The translations under genes were made by a program, and so were the position numbers. DNA of 38,928 bases from the sequence record SRR2962707_4497. One strand, written 5' to 3'. This document shows, piece after piece, positions 33,805 through 38,928 of the stretch (within the stretch, counting starts at the first letter, position 1; every line of letters begins with the position of its first letter). Under the pieces are notes generated by a model, which was not told the origin of the DNA, searched no databases, and saw nothing but the letters and a program-made list of their open reading frames with translations.

Positions 33805-35202
33805 ATGCAGGACATCATGAGCGATCGCGAAAGGCCAGGCCCGGCGGGCTGGGCGACCTTGGGCGAATTCAACGCCTTCCTCGCCGAGCATGGCGACATC
33901 GACTATCTGGATGCCGTTTTCTGCGACATGTGCGGCACGGTGCGCGGCAAGCGCTTCCCCTCCGAGGAGGCCGACAAGGTCTTCACGTCGGGCGTGCAGA
34001 TGCCGCAGTCGATCTATTTCTTCGACGTCACGGGCGTCAACGAAGACATCCTCGGCATGGGTTATTCGGATGGCGATCCGGACGCGCAGGCCCATCCCGT
34101 CGCGGGCTCCATCGTGCCCGTCCCCTGGGCCTCCATGAAGCAGGCGCAGGTTCTGATGACGATGGTGGACGGCGAGGGCAATCCACTCATGCTCGAGCCG
34201 CGCAACGTGCTCGCCCATGTCGTGAAGAAGCTCGACGAGATCGGTCTCAAGGCGACAGTCGCCTGCGAATTCGAATTCTACCTGCTCGACAAGGACATGG
34301 ATCGCAAGGGTCGTCCCCAGCCGCCGATCAATCCGGCGACGGGCGCGCGCGAAACCGCGCATGAGGTCTACGGCATCACCGAACTCGACGGCTTCATGGG
34401 CCTCCTGAAGGAGATCGACGAAGCCTCGGCGGAGCAGGGCGTGCCGGCGTCGGGCGCCACCGCCGAGTTCGCGCCCGGCCAGTACGAGATCAACCTCAAG
34501 CACGAAGACGATGTCATCCGCGCGGGCGACCACGCCGTCATGCTGCGCCATCTTATCGGCACCATCGCCCGCAAGCACAACTTCCTCGCGAGCTTCATGG
34601 CCAAGCCCTTCGTCGACCAGACCGGCAATGGCATGCATGTCCATTGTTCGGTGCTGGACGAGAAGGGTAACAACATTTTCAACGACGGCACGGATGAGGG
34701 TTCGCCGAAGCTTCGCCATGCCATCGGCGGCTTGCAGGCAACGCTTGGCGACGCCATGGCCTTCTTCGCACCGAACCTCAATTCCTACCGCCGCTTCGGC
34801 CCCAATCTCTTCGTGCCGGTGAACCGCACCTGGGGCTACAACAACCGCTCCGTCGCCTTCCGCGTGCCGAACGGCTCGCCGGATTCGCGCCGCATCGAAC
34901 ATCGCGTGACGGGCGCCGACGCGAACCCCTATCTCGTGCTCGCCGCGATCCTTGCCGGCATCCACTACGGCATCGTCAACGAGATCGACCCCGGCGACCC
35001 CGCCGAGGGCAATGCCTGCGAAATCATGGACGAGGGCATCCCCTTCTATTTGCCGAGCGCGCTGAAGCGGCTCCGCAACTCCGATGTCATGCGGGAATAT
35101 CTCACCGACCGCTATGTCGACGTCTATGCCGAGACGAAGATCCTCGAATTCGAAAAATTCCAGGAAGCAATCTCACCGCTCGAATACGACTGGTACCTCT
35201 GA
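33805..35202 (+). CDS. Glutamine synthetase-like gamma-glutamyl-amine ligase (PuuA-like)
   Basis: RGKR, EFEFYL, EFAPGQYEINL, FMAKPF..GNGMHVHCS, WGYNNRSVAFRVP, RIEHRVTGADANPYL, C-terminal EYDWYL. Alternative ATG at 33817. Confidence 0.88.
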   Translation: MQDIMSDRERPGPAGWATLGEFNAFLAEHGDIDYLDAVFCDMCGTVRGKRFPSEEADKVFTSGVQMPQSIYFFDVTGVNEDILGMGYSDGDPDAQAHPVAGSIVPVPWASMKQAQVLMTMVDGEGNPLMLEPRNVLAHVVKKLDEIGLKATVACEFEFYLLDKDMDRKGRPQPPINPATGARETAHEVYGITELDGFMGLLKEIDEASAEQGVPASGATAEFAPGQYEINLKHEDDVIRAGDHAVMLRHLIGTIARKHNFLASFMAKPFVDQTGNGMHVHCSVLDEKGNNIFNDGTDEGSPKLRHAIGGLQATLGDAMAFFAPNLNSYRRFGPNLFVPVNRTWGYNNRSVAFRVPNGSPDSRRIEHRVTGADANPYLVLAAILAGIHYGIVNEIDPGDPAEGNACEIMDEGIPFYLPSALKRLRNSDVMREYLTDRYVDVYAETKILEFEKFQEAISPLEYDWYL

Positions 35203-35207
35203 AACGG

Positions 35208-35245
35208 CGGCGCCTCCGGGTGTGTGTTCCCGGAGGCGCCGTTTC
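35208..35245 (+). terminator. Hairpin/terminator after the GS-like gene
   Basis: CGGCGCCTCCGGG (35208-35220) pairs with CCCGGAGGCGCCG (35229-35241), followed by TTT. Confidence 0.6.
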
Positions 35246-35288
35246 GACGCGGCGCGCCCCCCGCTGCGCGCGTCGGAGTTTGGGCTCG

Positions 35289-35345
35289 CCGATCGGTATT
35301 TACCGATCAGAACTTGCCCGATCGGTACTTGCCGATCAGAACTTG
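35289..35345. repeat. 28-bp tandem direct repeat overlapping the autotransporter stop codon
   Basis: CCGATCGGTATTTACCGATCAGAACTTG (35289-35316) and CCGATCGGTACTTGCCGATCAGAACTTG (35318-35345), 26/28 identical. Confidence 0.8.
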
Positions 35346-38179
35346 TAAGTCAGCCCGACCTCCACTGCCTGTGCGAACAGATTGCCCGTCGGCAGCACTG
35401 CCTGATATCCAGCATGGAAGCTCAGCCGGTTGTCTACTTCGGCGTCGAGCGTCAGCCCCGCTGTTACACGGTCTTCCGACGGCTCAAGCCCGCGCACGGT
35501 GAACGTGCCGCCGCCGACCGACACAGTGCTCGACGGCGCATCGTCCATCGTCTCGCGGCTGTACTCGAGGCTGAGCTGCGGCTTGAGCTTCGTGCCGTCT
35601 TTCATCGCGAAGGATTTCGCAATGTCGACGCCCACGAACGGCCTGAGGCTTTCCGTGTTGCGGCTTGCGACGGTGAGGTTGAAGCCCGGCGCCCCGCTTT
35701 CCACGAAGCTCTCTTCGGAGAGATGCGTGTACATCGCGCCTGCCCTCGGGGTGATCGTGACATCGCCTGCCTCGATCCGGTAGCTCGCCTGAACGGCGGC
35801 CGCAATCTCGTCGCCGCCATGGTCCGCTTCCGCCGTCTGCGCCGTTGCCGTCACAAGGCGGCGCGTATCGATGAAGTGATGCGCGTAGCCGAGCGTGGCA
35901 TCGAAGGCGAGGGGGCCCGTCTCGTAGGTCCCGTAGAGCGCGACGCGCGGCGTCGAGACATGGCCGCTATTGCCATTATCCTCGTCGATATAGGTCTGGT
36001 CGAAACCGAAGGCGATACCGGCGAGCACGTCGTCGCCGAAGCCCCGGTCGATACCGCCCATGAAGCCGCCGCTCTTGGTCTTGAAGCCCGGCGTTGCGCC
36101 ACTCCCATCGAGGTTGGAGAGCCGCCCCGTCGCGCGGAACCAGGCGTTGTAAAGCGTGGTGACGCCGGGGGAGAAGAGTTCGGCCAGCCCGCCATCTCCC
36201 GCCATCGCAATTTGGATCGGCTTTCTGAGGAAAGCCGTGCCGCCGCCGTCTCCACCCCCGTGCTGCCCGCCGAGATAGTCGAACAAGTTGGCTGTCGAGG
36301 TCTGTGAGGTGTTGATCGTCGAACTGCCGGTAGCGGAAAAGGTTGTGCTGTCGGTCGGCTCGATCACGCCGCCGCCGCCCACGTCGCTCATCGTAAGAAC
36401 CAGTGAGACGACGGTTGGGTCGTAGTCGAGTACCTGGCTGCCGCCGTCAGGCATCCCCTCCATCGTTTCGGTGGTGAAGGTGCCGGACACGCTGGCGGCC
36501 GTGAGGATTTCATAGGTCGACGACGTATAAACACCCGGTGCGTAGACGGTCTTCAGAGTACCACCCAGCGTCGCATTGCCGGTAATCGCCAGCATGGACG
36601 CCTTCTCCGGTGTCACGAGAACGGTGAGATTGCCCGTATAATCCGGCGTGTCGCCAATCTGGGTATAGTCACCGACGATGGTGAGTTTGCCTGCTTCCGT
36701 CAGGCTGCCAGGCATGACGGTGCCGCCGGAGAAGTTTCGGAGATTGCCGGTATAGGTACCGAAGCCCGCCAGCGTTCCATCGGGCCCGATTTTCGCGGTG
36801 CCGACAAAGTTGGTGTCGGGGTCACCCAGCATCAGAGTGCCTCCTCCGATGAACCAGGACATCGAACCGGCACTTGCATCGGCGGCGCCTGTTACCGTCC
36901 AGGTGCTCAATCCGCTTTTTTCAAACAATTCGAAATCGGTATATTGCGTACCGATAGTTGAAAGGTCGAAATCGTCGTCTCCGTCGCCGCCCAGCTCCAG
37001 CACATCGTCAGCATTATAGCCGCCATAAGCCTTGCCAAGGATCGTCGAGCCCATTTCGAGTGTGAGCCGGTTGTCGCCTCCGTCAGAGAAGTAGATCGCG
37101 TACCCCGCACCATTATTGCCTGACTGGATTGTGCCGCTGTTCGTGACGTGCATATAGCCGCCCCTGATGCCGAAGCCCGGCACGCTGGCGGTGCCGTCTG
37201 CGGTCCGGCTGTCGCCGCCGGCGATTGTACCGCTGTTCACGATGGTGAGCCGTCCCCCCGAGATTCCGCTCCCGGCCGCGGGGGAATAGATACCCGCTCC
37301 CTCACCCGCGAGCCCATTCTTGCCGCCGGTGATGGTGCCGCTGTTCGTGATCGTCGACCACCCGCCCGAGATGCCCGCTCCCCCTTTGCCGCCATTGCCG
37401 CGAAAGCCTGACGCCGATCCGCTGCCTGCATTCCCGCCATCGCCACCATCGCCGCCGGTGATGGTGCCTTCATTGGTGAATTCCATTTCGTCTGTTTTTA
37501 GTTGCACACCGACGCCGCCATCGCCGCCCCAACCGCCATTCGGCCCTGCGCCGCTCAATGCTGCTGCGCTACTGCCGCCATTGCCGCCATTGCCGCCGGT
37601 TATGACGCCTGAGCCCTGGTTAACACTGGCAGAGCTCGCGTCGCCGATGACCGCGCCATAGCCGCCCGCACCGCCACCGCCCCCGGAGGGTCCGTTCAGG
37701 CTTTCGCCACTGGCTGATCCGCCATTGCCGCCATTGCCGCCGGTCAATATTCCGGCATTGTCGAGAACGGTCGTCGCCCCGCCATCGCCATGATAGCCGC
37801 CACCGCCGCCACCACCGCCGCCATCCACTCCCTGCGTCCCGTCGGCGCCATTCGGCACGAGCGCGGTGCCGCCATCGCCTCCGGCGCCGCCAACGCCGGC
37901 GCCGTTGGAATTGCCGCCATCGCCACCATCCCCGCCACCCGCGCCGCCGCCGCCGCCGCCAGCAGCGGAACTCGCAGATGCATCGTCGCCGTTGTCGCCG
38001 TTATAACCAGAGCCACCTGCCGGTGCCCCGCCGGAATAGCCGCCGTTGCCGCCATCTGCCGACACTGGACCCGCAAGGCCAATCGTTAACGCGCTCACCG
38101 CGCAGCCCGACAGCAACAGGCCGCAGAATCCCGTTCGCCCAAAGCGGTTTTCACCGCGGGCGTTACCCAGTTTCGTCAT
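35336..38179 (-). CDS. Type Va autotransporter with Gly-rich (GGxGG-repeat) passenger
   Basis: Signal peptide, many GGNGG/GGDGG and ITGG repeats, FEKSGLSTWTVTG passenger repeat, about 280-aa beta-barrel ending VGLTYKF. Confidence 0.88.
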   Translation of the reverse strand: MTKLGNARGENRFGRTGFCGLLLSGCAVSALTIGLAGPVSADGGNGGYSGGAPAGGSGYNGDNGDDASASSAAGGGGGGAGGGDGGDGGNSNGAGVGGAGGDGGTALVPNGADGTQGVDGGGGGGGGGYHGDGGATTVLDNAGILTGGNGGNGGSASGESLNGPSGGGGGAGGYGAVIGDASSASVNQGSGVITGGNGGNGGSSAAALSGAGPNGGWGGDGGVGVQLKTDEMEFTNEGTITGGDGGDGGNAGSGSASGFRGNGGKGGAGISGGWSTITNSGTITGGKNGLAGEGAGIYSPAAGSGISGGRLTIVNSGTIAGGDSRTADGTASVPGFGIRGGYMHVTNSGTIQSGNNGAGYAIYFSDGGDNRLTLEMGSTILGKAYGGYNADDVLELGGDGDDDFDLSTIGTQYTDFELFEKSGLSTWTVTGAADASAGSMSWFIGGGTLMLGDPDTNFVGTAKIGPDGTLAGFGTYTGNLRNFSGGTVMPGSLTEAGKLTIVGDYTQIGDTPDYTGNLTVLVTPEKASMLAITGNATLGGTLKTVYAPGVYTSSTYEILTAASVSGTFTTETMEGMPDGGSQVLDYDPTVVSLVLTMSDVGGGGVIEPTDSTTFSATGSSTINTSQTSTANLFDYLGGQHGGGDGGGTAFLRKPIQIAMAGDGGLAELFSPGVTTLYNAWFRATGRLSNLDGSGATPGFKTKSGGFMGGIDRGFGDDVLAGIAFGFDQTYIDEDNGNSGHVSTPRVALYGTYETGPLAFDATLGYAHHFIDTRRLVTATAQTAEADHGGDEIAAAVQASYRIEAGDVTITPRAGAMYTHLSEESFVESGAPGFNLTVASRNTESLRPFVGVDIAKSFAMKDGTKLKPQLSLEYSRETMDDAPSSTVSVGGGTFTVRGLEPSEDRVTAGLTLDAEVDNRLSFHAGYQAVLPTGNLFAQAVEVGLTYKF

Positions 38180-38426
38180 TTGAAAAAAAGCCCCCGTCCT
38201 CCGGCCCGATACTCAGGCGCTCAAGAGAAATACATCCGCGTCCTGTTTCGACGCATCGTCATGCGAGCCACGTTAGATTTCCGTCGGCGAAATCCAAGAA
38301 GATGTTGGGTTCCCGACTCTACTTTTTTTGGGTGCATCTCTGCGCGCACGGCTGCGCCCCGGATTCGTTGGTAAACGGGATCCGCTACTGGAAAGTGAGA
38401 TGGAAAGGTAAAGTGTCGCCCGGCAA

Positions 38427-38928
38427 TCAGATCGGCAGCGTGAAGCTCACCGTCGTGCCGACGCCTTCGGTGCTCTCTATGCCGAGCGTGCCGCCATGCA
38501 GTTCCACGAGCGAGCGGGACAGCGCGAGCCCGAGGCCTGTGCCCTTGTGCGACTTCGAGTGCTGGCTTTCCACCTGCTCGAACGGCCGCCCGATCTTGGG
38601 CAACGCGCTCGCCGGAATGCCGATGCCGGTGTCTTCGACGGCGATGGTGACGATGCCGTCTTTCGCTACGCCCTTGAGGTGGATGGTGCCGCCTGCAGGT
38701 GTAAACTTTACCGCGTTGGACAGAAGGTTCAGCAGCACCTGCTTCACCGCACGCTTGTCCGCATTCACCGAGGGCAGTTCCGGCAGTTCGTTCTCGATGG
38801 TGACACTCGCCATTTCCGCACGGCCCGAAACGAGGCGGAGAGATTCCTCCACCACTTCGGAAATTTCCAGCGGCTGCGTTTCAAGCGTCATCCGTCCCGC
38901 CTCGATCTTCGACATGTCGAGAATGTCG
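38427..38928 (-). CDS. pleC: C-terminal part of a PleC-like histidine kinase (truncated by window edge)
   Basis: DILDMSKIEAG, ADKRAVKQVLLNLLSNAVKFT, PFEQVESQHSKSHKGTGLGL. Convergent orientation downstream of glnE as in rhizobia. Symbol tentative because only the catalytic region is visible. Confidence 0.65.
   Translation of the reverse strand, partial: DILDMSKIEAGRMTLETQPLEISEVVEESLRLVSGRAEMASVTIENELPELPSVNADKRAVKQVLLNLLSNAVKFTPAGGTIHLKGVAKDGIVTIAVEDTGIGIPASALPKIGRPFEQVESQHSKSHKGTGLGLALSRSLVELHGGTLGIESTEGVGTTVSFTLPI

Noticed and set aside
33805-35202. glnA (true GSI) call
   Set aside because: Lacks the GSI-specific DGSS N-terminal and NLYDLP motifs, and is paired with a PuuB-like oxidase.
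35289-35345. Mini-CRISPR array
   Set aside because: Only two copies separated by 1 bp, no spacer and no cas genes.
37300-38060. GCC/CCGCCA-rich repeats as a DNA repeat element
   Set aside because: Fully explained by Gly codons of the autotransporter passenger.
38102-38120. Lipobox LLSGC in the autotransporter signal
   Set aside because: The hydrophobic stretch continues past the Cys to an SPase I-like site (PVSA|DG). Probably coincidental.

Overview
GC-rich alphaproteobacterial chromosomal segment (Hyphomicrobiales-type, probably Parvibaculum-like; inferred from gene content only). No rRNA, tRNA, CRISPR array, transposase or integrase is recognisable. The backbone resembles the rhizobial envelope/cell-cycle locus: feuP-feuQ-lipoprotein ... 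ccmI-ccmE-ccmF-ccmH-degP-OmpR-type RR/HK-glnE ... pleC-like kinase. Three extra blocks interrupt it. (i) About 2.4-13 kb: YihY, a cold-shock protein, a 478-aa hypothetical, a D-cysteine desulfhydrase family enzyme, a CoA transferase, a PAS kinase and an Ntn acylase. (ii) A single GH46/lysozyme-like + peptidoglycan-binding gene inside the ccm cluster. (iii) About 25-38 kb: two phytoene-desaturase-like flavoproteins plus a GcvT-like protein, an EF-hand/ECF sigma/anti-sigma/metal-sensor module, a PuuB/PuuA-like pair and a Gly-rich autotransporter. The most unusual signal is an unannotated minus-strand unit at about 2530-2864: a putative promoter, a Shine-Dalgarno perfectly complementary to 13-15 nt of the 16S rRNA 3' end, a 35-codon sORF, hairpins and an intrinsic terminator. 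All calls were made by eye and no database searches were run.
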